A stretch of DNA of 64,000 nt from Eledone cirrhosa. Its lineage: Eukaryota. The stretch is from positions 250,852,001 to 250,916,000 of the forward strand of contig OZ024740.1 of assembly GCA_964016885.1 (NCBI GenBank). Reading direction: 5' to 3'. The position numbers were made by a program, and so were the translations under genes. The notes below the pieces were generated by a model. That model was not told the DNA's origin. It saw only the letters and a program-made list of their open reading frames with translations, and ran no database searches. Position 1 is the first letter of the stretch, and every line of letters begins with the position of its first letter. Positions 36,561-48,927 of this stretch are shown one piece after another.

Positions 36561-36713
36561 AGTGCACATGTATGTGTATTTATGTATATGCATCTATATG
36601 TGTGTATGTGTATATATTTATATGTATGTGTGTTTGGTAATTCCGAAGGAAAAGCAAAGGAAAAAAGAAAGCTCTATGTACAGAATAGAGCTATTTAATT
36701 GTTGTTCACTTTC

Positions 36714-36774
<61 letters not shown>

Positions 36775-36881
36775 ATAATAATAAATTTGAAGACTAAAAT
36801 CCAAAGAGGGCTCGATAAGGATAAATATATATCAAATATATAAGAACCGTAGAGCAAATATTTATTAAAATAACAGATTAA

Positions 36882-36932
36882 AGTTTAAGCAAAGAATCGC
36901 TGCTTTCACCCTCAACGGGATCTTCTGAAACT
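36882..36932 (-). ncRNA. Type I hammerhead-like motif with CAGAAGA core, in the 3' pseudo-LTR
   Basis: agttt-CAGAAGA-tccc/gttga/gggt-GAAA-gca/loop/tgc-T-T-aaact. Confidence 0.6.
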
Positions 36933-37874
36933 ATCAAAGTCAATCTGTAAACGCAGAAGTGGATATTTTAAAAAACGTTGCAACCGGAGGAAGACAGAAA
37001 GACGATACTTTGGTTTGTGGAAACGTTCCCTGGCAAAGAACGGGAAAAACGAATATAATACGTCATTATTTGGAGGGTGAAAAACAATTACGCGCAAAGA
37101 CAGAACCACGTTTATGGTATAAAAGAAGTCGTAGACTAATGTTCTCTTAGGTGGTTCATAGAGACGTTCTCTGGCAATGAGCGGAAAAAACGAAGATAAG
37201 ACGGCATATGTGGAGCGTGGAGAACAATTGCACGCAAAGACAAAACCACGTAAATTGTATAGCTGAAGTCGTAGACTAAAATTCTAACTAGGAAACCGAA
37301 TGAATCTCCGCTTCAGAGTTAAGAATAAAGTAAATAAAATACAATACAGAGGTAATAGAAATTAAATAAATACATACACGAATGCAAATACATAAATACA
37401 CAAGCACACGCGAAAACACTTGCCATAGGTATACAAAACCACGCACATATAAATATGTGTGTGTATGTGTGTGCGTGTATACAAATAAATAAATAATTAA
37501 ATAAACGTATATAAATAAATAAATACGTATATAACAAGCGCACACACATACCTACATGTAAATACACAAATGTTCGGAGACGTACGTCAACCAAAACATG
37601 CTGTACACATATACACACACTCTACATACGTACGAATCTGCATACTTACACAGACGCAAAACTCCCGTATACACATAACCAAACCATATGTACCAGAATA
37701 TATAAAAAATTATACGCCATAACATATACAATCAAATATACGTACGAGAAAGTATACGTACATTCACAAAACAAACAGGTAATAAATACTTACCTATGCA
37801 AAGAAGTAATGGTATAAACAAAACATATACTTAGCTACCACATCAAGACGTAAAATATCCACGTATAGATCGTA

Positions 37875-39890
37875 CTATCCGTTAGGGTATAACGTGGCGC
37901 TGTAATACAGGAAAGTTTTGTGCAATTTATGTTTACAAGCCGAAATTGCCTCAGATTTTTTGTTTAAGATGTGGTCTGTGGCGTAGAGTATTTCCAGGGC
38001 CTCAGCGGCGCAGAGGTCACATGGTCTTTTATTTCCGTTATACGATCTAGCCCTAACTAGGATCTCCCAGTGTAACTTATATTGGGTGTGGTTGTCTTTT
38101 AGACTCCAGATATAAGCTGAAAGTGACGTCATATTCCGTCTTAGAGGGTAACGAAAAGAATGGGTATGCATGTAAAGACGCTGCTTGAATTTATTGGCGG
38201 TTAACCCTATGTAGGCCCTACGGGACGTGGGTATTACAACCTTACATTTGTAGACAATGTTACTAGAGAGGCATTTCCCGGATAGGGGGCAATCAACCCG
38301 ATTCCTACAATTACAGTTAGTACTAACTTGCACGTGTTCCTACAGCTAGGTAGTTTAGCTAAATTTGAAGCTGTGATGTTATGTGCAAGGTTAGTAGTCG
38401 TAGAGTAAGAAATTTTAATAGTATTTCTATTAAAAATTTTACTATATTTATGTGTAGGGGGAAAATGCTTCGTAATAAGGGAAAGAAAGAGCTTAGCTAA
38501 TGGTGTGGCCACCTCCATATTATATGGTGGGTTATACCAACAAATGCGACGGGATCTATTTCCAGGTCTATTTTCGTACTCTGTATATGCTACCTTATCG
38601 ACAAATCCACTCCGAGCAAGAGCTTCATTGTAATAAGTGGATGGTCGTTGAAAATATGCTCGTTAGTAGATAGACGGGAAAGCCTCAACGAAACGTTTCT
38701 TACCAGGTTCTTGGTTATGCTGGCAGGATGGTTGGAATGTTTACTTATGTAATTAAGCGTATCATTCGGCTTTCTAAGCCGTTCGATAAATTGAGGGTAA
38801 CGTCGAGGTAATTAACGACCGAGAGGTTGGCCTCAACCTGTATAGAGAGGTTGAAGCCTTTAAAGAAGACTGTGAGTTCTTTTCTGAACCTGTCGCAAGC
38901 ACGAGGGCCGCACTTAGTCATGGTCAAAAGACCATCATCACGGTACAAACCACCACCTGCGTTGGGGAATTCGTCCTTGATAGAGAAAAGAAGGAAAAGG
39001 CCGATAAGATCAGTAACCTCTGAAGAATCGCTGGCGCCCATACTCACGTCGAATGGGATACTATTGGATTTTTTAATCCAAATAGAGTCATCGAAATTAA
39101 TCAGAGACTTACGGGCATTGAGGATGACATCAACTTCGAAATCCTTAACCACTGTGAGTGTTTTAGCGAAATTGATAGCTCTAAGGAGAAGTGGTAAAGT
39201 GATGGAGGACTAGTAACTGTTGATGTCGAATTGGATAAAACGGCAATGTTCCTTGTTGCATATGCCGTTGAACCAATCAATCACCGCGAAAGAATTGTTC
39301 CACAGTGCAAGAGGGGCCAAACTTCTAATTTCAGGTATAATTCTATCAAGAATACTTTTACTAAGTCTACCTAAATCGGACTTCGTAGGGTTAATAAGCC
39401 GAATAGAGGAAATTGTTCGGAAAATTGGATTTGTGATCCTTCAGGGTAAAGTGGGGAGAAATAGGGTCCAGAGGTTCGGTCCGGTCCAGGATCTTGAGAT
39501 CAGAGGTTATTTTAAACCCAGCATCGTTGATTTCATCGTTGATGACGCACCGATTAGTTTTACGGTAATCCTTAGTTACAGCATTATGTAGTAGTTGATG
39601 GTAAGTACTGCGCTCCACTTGATATAGGTTGCCAGTTTTGTCGGAATGGACGTGCATGGCATTAGAATCCTTAATAGAACGAATTCTATTCTTCAGGTCC
39701 TGCTGGAAGGAATTGCTCCTATTCCGAAATTTGATACTCCGTATGAGTTCCAAGACATCATTTTCGAAGGGTAGCAATGCTGGGTTACGCGGGGGGTTAT
39801 TATAGGTTTTAAACCCAAATTTATCCTGTTTGTTGTCTGCTTTTCGCGGATTATCGAAATAAAAGGAACGCCAACGCAACCTTTTATACC
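37875..39890 (-). pseudogene. Penelope RT + GIY-YIG ORF, frameshifted
   Basis: HSDKTGNLY, LKDHK, FDVSMGA, GLYRDDGL, NYLDVTLNL, KIFNRNTIKISYS, CNCRNRVDCPL, NIVYKC...YIGLT, CDLCAAE. Confidence 0.9.
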
Positions 39891-40118
39891 ATAAACGTGG
39901 TTCTGTCTTTGCGCGTAATTGTTTTTCACCAATTTTATTGTTTTTCAACAATTTAATTGTTTTTCAACAATTTTAATTGTTATTAATGACATATTATATT
40001 CGTTTCTCCCGTTCTTTGCCAGGGAACGTTTCCACGAACCAAAATATTGTCTTCTGTCTTCCTCCGGTTGCAACGTTTTTTGAAATATCCACTTCTGCGT
40101 TTACAGATTGACTTTGAT

Positions 40119-40168
40119 AGTTTCAGAAGATCCCGTTAAGGGTGAAAGCAGCGATTCTTTCTTAAACT
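40119..40168 (+). ncRNA. Inverted copy of the same hammerhead-like motif (stem III damaged)
   Basis: agttt-CAGAAGA-tcccgttaagggt-GAAA-gcagcgattctttc-T-T-aaact. Confidence 0.5.
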
Positions 40169-40453
40169 TTAATCTGTTATTTTAATATATATATATATAT
40201 ATATACGTATGTGTGTAGGTGTGTGTATGAATGTACATATGTGTATATATATATTTAATTATTTAGGTTTGTTGGTTTAACACTGGATAGAACTGGTCAT
40301 TCCGTATGGTCAACCTCGATGTAATACTATGGAGAGCACTCAACGTAATGCAACTCACCCGTCTTCGTTTGTGTTGTTGGTGGTGCGAGTACGGAGTTAA
40401 TTATTATAAAATAACAGGAGGCTGGACTGATGTAAATCATTGAAAGGTTTATT

Positions 40454-40511
40454 ATACTATGATCATTTCAATGACCGGGTTCAGTGTGAATCCGGTGACA
40501 TCATCAGGTAT
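40454..40511 (-). ncRNA. Type I hammerhead ribozyme motif
   Basis: atac-CTGATGA-stem II (accgg/ttca..tgaa/ccggt)-GAA-palindromic ATGATCAT-A-gtat, then AATAAA. Confidence 0.75.
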
Positions 40512-40764
40512 TCAAAATATAACAAAGGAATATAACAGAGCTAAAAATCAGAGACAAGAGGGCGACCGACTATTTAGCAGCTTCTATCTCTGTCGGCCCC
40601 CCTCAAGTGTTGATTATTAAGTCTACTTATGACCATCTTTTGAGGTGGTGCAAGCTTATCGTGTGCTACTATCACCCCGTCAAATGGAAATGTCAGCGTT
40701 GAGGTCATGTCACAATTAGGCTGATCATGCGTGCTCGAAATTGCCGCGAAAAATGTTTTTTTCC

Positions 40765-42255
40765 AAAGACATATATAGAGAGTAAAAATGAGAGAGAGTG
40801 TCTGTGAATGAGAGAGTGACAGAGAGTGAGAAAGAGAGAGTGTGTGTAAGTGATAGAGAGAGAAAGTGACAGAAGGAGGCTTTTATGAAAAAGTTTAAGT
40901 GTAATATAGATAGTCACGATAAATTTTCATGGTAGGATATAGAGTAAAGATTAAGCCCTTGCTTAGCGGTCAATAACCAGGGACGACCGCGGACCCTCCG
41001 CCAGCCCCCCCCCCCCCTCCCCTACCTACGTGCCAGCCGTTCCGAGTAATATCGTCTAGCGAAAGAAATGGAAATTAATTTTTCCGAGCACTCCAGGAAT
41101 GTAACTGTCTAAGGCGTCGGGTGTGTTAGCGGGAAGTGCCCCACCACCGGCTGGCCATCCTATATACCAAACGATTACTAGTAAATCACAGAGGAGGGGG
41201 ATTTAGTTGAGTGCTAGTAGGAGTAGGGATGATACAGCTAATAGTTATGATTAAGCCTAGAAATTAAAGGTACTATTTGGCGGTCAATGCCGGCGGCGCG
41301 GCGAGTCCCAAGCCCGACAGGGCCCGGGGCCGAAGCAACCGTTCCGAGTAATTTCGTTTACCGAAAGAAGGGGGAATTTATTTTTCCAAGCACTCAAGGA
41401 AGCTTGATCTACCCGAGCGCCTGGCATGCAGTCGGGAAATCCGCCACATCCGTCGGATCATCGCGTGTTACCAAACGATTATCATTTATTCACACCCGTG
41501 ATGTGAGGTTGAAAGTGGTAAAACCCGATGAAATGCGCTAATAGTCCCCAGTTATTCCGGGTTATATGTAGTGTGGTTCTTGGGTGGGTAGGGGGAGTGG
41601 ATAAAGATAAACAGATATAAGGGTACAGAGAGTAATATTCTAGGGTCGTGTGCTAATGAGCACAATGATAAGTATATAATGAGAATGGAGCGAGTAAGTA
41701 AATACATAAATAAAAGGAATAATAAGCATAAAAAGCAAAATACATAAATAAAGTTATGACTTTATTTTGTATTTTTATTTATGTATTTTGCTTTTTATGC
41801 TTATTATCCCCTTTGCTTGTGTATTTACTTACTCGCTCTACTCTCATTATATACTTATCATTGTGCTCAGTAGCACACGACCCTAGAATATTACTCTCTG
41901 TACCCTTATATCTGTTTATCTTTATCCACTCCCCCTACCCAACCCGGAATAACTGGTCGTCGCTGGTTATTGACCGCTAAGCAAGGGCTTAATCTTTACT
42001 CTATATCCTACCCTGAAAATTTATCGTGACTATCTATATTACACTTAAACTTTTTCATAACGTCTCCTTCTGTCACTTTCTCTCTGTATCACTTACACAC
42101 CACACTCTCTCTTTCTCACTCTCTGTCAATCTCTCTCTCTCTATTTCATTCACACACACACTCTCTCTCTCTCTCTCTTTTACTCTCTCTGTCACTCTCT
42201 CTCTCTCATTATCATACACTCTCTCTTTTTTACTCTCTATATATGTCTTTGTTGA
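40765..42255. repeat. Large interrupted inverted repeat
   Basis: 40765-40980 pairs with about 41963-42255; 41548-41563 pairs with 41941-41956; 41585-41752 pairs with 41773-41941. Confidence 0.88.
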
Positions 42256-42856
42256 AGATATTTGTTCTTGAGGTAGAATCCTTTATTATTTCGTGGTGGT
42301 CTCTCTAGTATTTTGCCCCCCCCCCCCCTTTGTTGACCCGTCACCGTACGATACACGCACTTATACCTCGTATAAGGGTCCCTTTATTTCCGTCCCACCT
42401 AGTTTATTTATATTATTATTATTTTTTTTTTTATTCTTCATTATATATATATATTTTTTTAAATTTATTTATCTATTCTTTTATTAACTTATTTGTTTAT
42501 TTATTTATTTATGTATTTCTTTAGCCTAGCAATAGCGAGAGACTTAAGTCTTAGTAACCAGACTTTGCTTATTTTATTTTTGTTCTCTCCCAGTACCTTT
42601 TATAGTTTTACCTTTCATTGTTCTACTTACCGTTTCGACTTCCTCCCCCTCCCCCTCCCCAGTATCTTCTTTGACCTCACGCCCAGCTGTAGCTGGCACT
42701 ACCAACGCATGAATGGGTCTACTCCACCCCTCTCCCTTTTTTCTCCTACCGGCAGGTTTAGCTACCCCTTCCCCCACCAATTTGCCATCACAGATTTACT
42801 ACTAACTTGTGATGTGACCAATCCTGGTCATTATCTCTTCGACCATATATGGAATT

Positions 42857-42950
42857 ACCCCTTGATAAGCTCGGCTATTTAAATACCAGAATAAATTTTT
42901 ATTCAGTACAGAATTAGCCGTCGAAACGGCTTGAGCTCAGCCGTCGGGGT
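42857..42950 (+). ncRNA. Type I hammerhead with variant U3-A8 core
   Basis: acccc-TTGATAA-g..cggcta/…/tagccg..c-GAA-acggc/ttgagctca/gccgt-C-ggggt; predicted GUC cut after 42945. Confidence 0.72.
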
Positions 42951-43028
42951 CTTACTTGTTCCTATTACCCACTCTACTACCCTAAGTATTGAGTACTTTG
43001 GTGCATTATGGTCCACCTGTTTCCTTCG

Positions 43029-43082
<54 letters not shown>

Positions 43083-43271
43083 TTAATATAGATGAGATTC
43101 TATAGGACTAGAACTGTTTCATTCTTTAGAAATCATCAGGAATCTGGCTATCCAAAAATAAATGTGGTATTTATAGGTCGTTTCATTTTTTCCGTTTATC
43201 GTTTTCGGTACCCCGGCCGATTAACTCACTCGATGTGCAGATTAGGCTGCTCAGCCGTTAATATGCATAAG

Positions 43272-43816
43272 GAAATTTCATTTCTCACTCCTAGTACGGC
43301 TGTTACTTAAATATAAGTATGTATACGTACATACATATATGTATACAGACGTACAGTAGTATGTATATCTATATACATACATGCACACATATATATATGT
43401 ACGTATGGATTCACCGAACATTTATTATAATGCTCGGTGTGTTTGTAAACAAACATCCCGAATTAAGCCGTACAGTGTCTAGCAACCATCGTTGCTCATT
43501 TGTTCAACACTGACAAAAGAACGCTGTACTAGTTTCAAGCTTATTAGCTATCGTCAGCAACGTATACCTTCCTGCCAGATGATTGAACGTCTGAAAGTAT
43601 ATACTTTCCTTATGCATATTGGCTTAATTCGGGATGTTTGTTTACAAACACACAGAGCATTATAATAAATGTTCGGTGAATCCATACGTACATATATATG
43701 TGTGCATGTATGTATATAGATATACATACTACTGTACGTCTGTATACATATATGTATGTACGTATACATACTTATATTTAAGTAACAGCCGTACTAGGAG
43801 TGAGAAATGAAATTTC
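43272..43816. repeat. Inverted repeat, arms ~197 bp, spacer ~150 bp
   Basis: 43272-43469 is the reverse complement of 43621-43816. Confidence 0.92.
43522..43562 (-). ncRNA. Minimal type I hammerhead motif
   Basis: cgttg-CTGACGA-t-agct/aata/agct-t-GAA-palindromic ACTAGT-A-cagcg (GUA site). Confidence 0.78.
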
Positions 43817-43890
43817 GTTTCATGTTTTCCGTTTATATATATATATGTATAAAGTAAGAATATTTTCGAAACAGCGAGCGGGTTTGAAAT

Positions 43891-44054
43891 TAGAAATATA
43901 AGATATCGCCGTATTTTGACTAAAGAAATTATTTAGCCTGATAGTGGGTCAATACTCATCTTTTTCCATTTCTCCGAGGGTTCTTAACCCCACTATCAGG
44001 CTAAATAATATCTTTAATTTCTTTTGTTAAAATACGGCGATAGCTTATATTTCT
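43891..44054. repeat. Short inverted-repeat element related to 53161-53535
   Basis: Arms AGAAATATAAG.TATCGCCGTATTTT...TTTAGCCTGATAGTGGG and its reverse complement. Confidence 0.75.
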
Positions 44055-44060
44055 CTCTCA

Positions 44061-44129
<69 letters not shown>

Positions 44130-44234
44130 AATGAAGTAATTCCGTCAGAAAAGTCCAGGAAAAAAGAGTGCTCTATGTAGGCAACAGAGCTTAATTATTA
44201 TTATTATTATGTAATAAACAACATAAGGCAATTA

Positions 44235-44294
44235 TTCCATTTACCAGTGGTTTCTTAAAAGCAAAAGGTTTTGCTTTAAATCCTCAGAATGAAA
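44235..44294 (-). ncRNA. Type I hammerhead ribozyme motif
   Basis: tttcatt-CTGAGGA-t-ttaaagcaaaa/cc/ttttgcttttaa-GAA-acca/c/tggt-A-aatggaa (GUA site). Confidence 0.78.
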
Positions 44295-44445
44295 AAATCC
44301 TGGTTTGTTTATTGAATTTGGATTTTAAAAAACAAAAATACAATCTATATGAAAGTGAGGCTGGAGAAGGAAGAAGGAAAGGAAAAATAAAATAAAACTA
44401 CACATGCAAACACACACAAAAAAACACAAAAGCATACATACACAC

Positions 44446-44478
<33 letters not shown>

Positions 44479-44563
44479 TACCTACATCAGCACACATCTC
44501 TACCCACATATAAACACAATGACATACGTAAACACACATGCTCTATGGTGAAACACAAAAAAA

Positions 44564-44607
<44 letters not shown>

Positions 44608-44951
44608 ATATCATTTCACACCTTTTATTGTTAAGATTTTTGATGTTCTATTAAGAGAACCGATTTTACTGAAAAAATCGAATAATGTACACCATTTTAC
44701 CGGGGGGGGGGGATACTGGTCCACCCCACCCCCACCCCACCCCACCCCCATCCCCCCACACACACACACATTCACACACACACACACACACACATATATA
44801 TACACACACATACACACGCGTACATTAACATACAAAGAGACTTATACACACACACACGCACTTCTCCGTATAAGACAAAAGCTGAAAAATATCTTTTGAC
44901 ATGCTAACATGCTTACAGACACATTCTTACTGACCATCCCTGCTACCACGA

Positions 44952-45014
<63 letters not shown>

Positions 45015-45134
45015 ATCTTAATAGCCATTTGACACACATCCCTGCTAACCATTATCACAACATCGAACACCTTACTACTACTACTACTACACACACACAC
45101 ACACATATTTGTTGTGAAAGAGTCATTTCTCAAT

Positions 45135-45379
45135 TTTGGCGCAAAACCAATTTTTTATTCACATGACCTCTACCGACCAATAAAAATTGTTTTGACCACA
45201 AGAATTTTTGCAAACACCAAGTAGCGCTGGAGCCACTTTTTTAACATAAAAACAGTCTTGGCGCAAAATCAATATTTTACATTCATATGACCTCTACCGG
45301 CCAATCAAAATTGTTTTGACCACAAGAATTTTTGCAACACCAAAGTAGCGCTGGAGCCACTTTTTTAACATAAAAACAG
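45135..45379 (+). repeat. Two-copy ~122 bp tandem repeat
   Basis: TTGGCGCAAAA...GTAGCGCTGGAGCCACTTTTTTAACATAAAAACAG occurs twice. Confidence 0.85.
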
Positions 45380-45595
45380 GTAGAATTCCCAAAACTAATC
45401 AGATCAGAGCAAACAACACGGACACTCTATCTCAAAATTATTTTTGAAAAGCATTTAGAAATGCGCAACCGGTAAAAACTTAAAAACTTAAAACCACAAC
45501 TGAATACTAACCCATACAATTACTAATACTCTTTTATTCCTAATTAAACCATTTTTCAACTGTGAACAATTTGTCAGCATTTTCTATTCCGTTTA

Positions 45596-45633
<38 letters not shown>

Positions 45634-45678
45634 TCAAAATATTAATAAATGAAGACATTCACATAATCAAAATATATG

Positions 45679-45740
45679 TTTTATTATATATATTTCGAAG
45701 GTACTGTGCTGTTTTTTCAGTACGTCCTCGTCAGATAAAA
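45679..45740 (-). ncRNA. Type I hammerhead motif in the 3' pseudo-LTR (sense to the ORF)
   Basis: ttttat-CTGACGA-g..gtactg/…/cagtac..c-GAA-ATATATAT-A-ataaaa. Confidence 0.75.
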
Positions 45741-46092
45741 TACATGAATTCATGTATGACATACCTCAACGGTTCAATTCCAGTATTGGCAGTGATTTAT
45801 TACAACAAATCTCAACATTTATATACCACAAATAATAACATGATAAACTTAAATTTAATGAAGAAGAGGATGTGGAGCGAGATATAGGTATAAGGAGGGG
45901 GTGAGTATGAGGAAATGCAAGAAGAAATAAATAAATAAATACATACATACATAAATATTTAAATGCGTAAATATACGTGTTAGGGAGGAAAAAGGAAGAG
46001 AGAGAGAGAGAGATAGAAGAGAGAAGAAGAAAGACGTAACTGCAAAAAGGAAAGAAAGAAAGAAGGAAGAGAAATGATGCGTGACCGTTGTT

Positions 46093-46254
46093 TGGATGCC
46101 ATGCTTTGAAGCATAGAGTTACCTCCCTTTATGATCTGAGTTCAAGTCCCGCCGAGGTTAACTTTGCCTTTCATCCTTACAGGGTCGATAAAATAAAGTA
46201 CCAGTAATACACTGGGATAATTGCTGGCCTTGTGCCAAAAGTAGAAACAATTAT
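46093..46254 (+). mobile_element. tRNA-derived SINE
   Basis: Family consensus with GAGTTCAAGTCCC B box. Confidence 0.85.
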
Positions 46255-47537
46255 ATATAATTTCCCTTTAAGGATTTTTCTTATATTATTAAACTGTATA
46301 AATCATGTTGAATATACATTATCAATCCATTTGGATAGAACAACATTATTTACGAAGAATGTAAACAAAGGAGGATAACTCGTTCAACTAGTGATCATTT
46401 ATGATATTTAAGTGCTTTGAAAGCCAAAAGATATTTCAAACCGCAAATTCAGAAATTTCTAGTTATACAATGACCATTCTAAATCCGAACTTAGGATACT
46501 GAGTCTCATCATGAGATTAATTTACTATATAAAAACGATATACAATTTTTAAGGTAAGGCAAAACATTATATATATATATAATAATAATAATATTATTTC
46601 AAGAATTATTAATAATAGTCAATATTTTTTCTTCATAGTCAGTATTTTTTTCTAAATTTGTATAATGCTTGAAATGTTTTTCCAGACTTATGTAGACAAG
46701 TTCCGAATAACTCTTTTTTCTTATTAATTAAATTACCATAATTGATAATTATTAATAGAGTTTCCAAATTGCAAAGATTGCAATTTGGTGAAATAGAAGC
46801 GTTCCGATAGGAATCAGAATACTTTAGTTTACTCCAAGAAATTGAGTATTTAATATTTTTCTCTTTTAAAGACCATATTAATTGTGAAAATGAAGTAGAC
46901 ATTTTTTTAATCTGGATTAGAGAAAGAATGTTTGTGATTGGAAAAGCGAAACTTAAAGTTTGATGAAGTGGCACCTATGTAGTTATAAGTATTATTATTA
47001 TTTGTCTTAATGGTACATTTATATACTAAATTCTTGTCTAGGCAATTATTTTGTAAAGGGCATTCAGATTTCCTTCTACAGTTACAGTTCAATTCCATGT
47101 TACTTCTATAACCTAAACTATTCGTATTATCATTATTATTTCTAGGTGTTCTACTATTATTCATATTTAAACTATTGTTATTGTTATTCACATTAACTAA
47201 TGTATTATTATTAATATTGTTATTATCGCTAATTATATGCTGGTTCAAATTAAGAATTTTGCTATAAATTTTTGCAATATTTTGAGCAACATTCATAGTT
47301 GTTGAGTAAGAGAGTTTAACTGTGTATCTATTGAAGATACAGTAATACTTATGTAATCTAAGGAAACATTTATCCAAGACTTTAAAAAATAAATGTGCTA
47401 AAGGTGTTTTAATAGCTAAAGATGCTGGTGGAGCATACCAAATTATAGATCTAGTCCTAATTTTTTCCCCCGATTTATTCCTCAAGTTATTATTTTTACA
47501 GTCAGTTTTATTTTTATTATTATTATGGGTGGTGGAT

Positions 47538-47715
47538 TGGTAGTATCGGTAGAGGGTCGCACGCTATGCTTTGCAACATAGTTACGTCCCTTTACGGACT
47601 GAGTTCAAATCCCGCCGAGGTTAACTTTGCCTTTTATCCTTACAGGGTCGATAAAATAAAGTACCAGTAATGCACTGTGTAATTGCTGGCCTTGTGCCAA
47701 AAGTAGAAACAATTA
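47538..47715 (+). mobile_element. tRNA-derived SINE inserted in the Penelope ORF
   Basis: Family consensus, flanked by (TTA)-rich sequence. Confidence 0.85.
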
Positions 47716-48083
47716 TTATTATTATGAATATTGTGTTTATAATTAATATTATTTTTTTCTACATATTCAATGTCATTTTTATACCCTGCTTTATTTAACG
47801 CCTCATCCAGCTTTACTATTAAAAATGGATCTATTAGCAGATAGTCTGGATATTCGTTGTTGGACACTTTTAGGATGATTAGAGTAAAAGCTAACATAAT
47901 TTAGGTTTTCATTGAGTTTATGGAAGGGGTAATATAGGCCTGAGTTTATAAACCACCGGTAATCTCCGGCAGTTTTCTATTTATTTGCAAAAGATATTAA
48001 AAAAGTTCATGGTATTTAATTGGTCGCTTCTATTTGACTTAATATTTGAAAACAACGGTCCCGCATCATTTCTCTTCCTTCCT

Positions 48084-48131
<48 letters not shown>

Positions 48132-48437
48132 TCCCTTTTGCAGTTACGTCTTTCTTCTCTCTTCTATCTCTCTCTCTCTCTTCCTTTTTCCTCCCTAACA
48201 CGTATATTTACGCATTTAAATATTTATGTATGTATGTATTTATTTATTTATTTCTTCTTGCATTTCCTCATACTCACCCCCTCCTTATACCTATATCTCG
48301 CTCCACATCCTCTTCTTCATTAAATTTAAGTTTATCATGTTATTATTTGTGGTATATAAATGTTGAGATTTGTTGTAATAAATCACTGCCAATACTGGAA
48401 TTGAACCGTTGAGGTATGTCATACATGAATTCATGTA

Positions 48438-48499
48438 TTTTATCTGACGAGGACGTACTGAAAAAACAGCACAGTACCTTCGAAATATATATAATAAAA
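48438..48499 (+). ncRNA. Inverted copy of the 45679-45740 hammerhead
   Basis: Same motif on the + strand. Confidence 0.72.
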
Positions 48500-48694
48500 C
48501 ATATATTTTGATTATGTGAATGTCGTCATTTATTAATATTTTGAATAATATTAATGACTTAAAGCTCCTTGTAGAGTGCTTTTAATCTATTGTAAAACTA
48601 TATTCATTAAGTAATCAATGAACCATATTAATGTGTGTGTGCGCGTGTCTCTATACATATTCGTGTGTGTATGTATGGAAATGTATGCACGAGC

Positions 48695-48776
<82 letters not shown>

Positions 48777-48875
48777 AGATATTCTTGTGTGTGTGTGTGT
48801 GTACATACAGATGTATATATATATATATGTATATATATGTGTGTGTATATATATATTTATGTGTGTGTGTTTATA

Positions 48876-48907
<32 letters not shown>

Positions 48908-48927
48908 CGTAAGTGACAAATTGGTGC

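Larger units (their letters stand above)
36866..40185 (-). mobile_element. Penelope-like element, 5'-truncated, with inverted pseudo-LTR copies at both ends
   Basis: ORF pieces 39951-37875; 36866-37125 is the reverse complement of 39881-40185. Confidence 0.9.
45631..48546 (-). mobile_element. Penelope-like element (3' part) with inverted pseudo-LTR copies and two SINE insertions
   Basis: IIWYAPP...IFNRYTVKLSYS...CNCRRKSECPL...NLVYKC...YIGAT...CNLCNLE; about 45632-46092 is the reverse complement of about 48050-48546. Confidence 0.88.

Noticed and set aside
40720-40750. CTGATCA...GAAA as another hammerhead
   Set aside because: Position 8 is C with no compensating change at position 3, and there are no convincing stems I or III.
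45135-45379. CRISPR-like array
   Set aside because: Only two long adjacent copies with no unique spacers, in a eukaryotic context.
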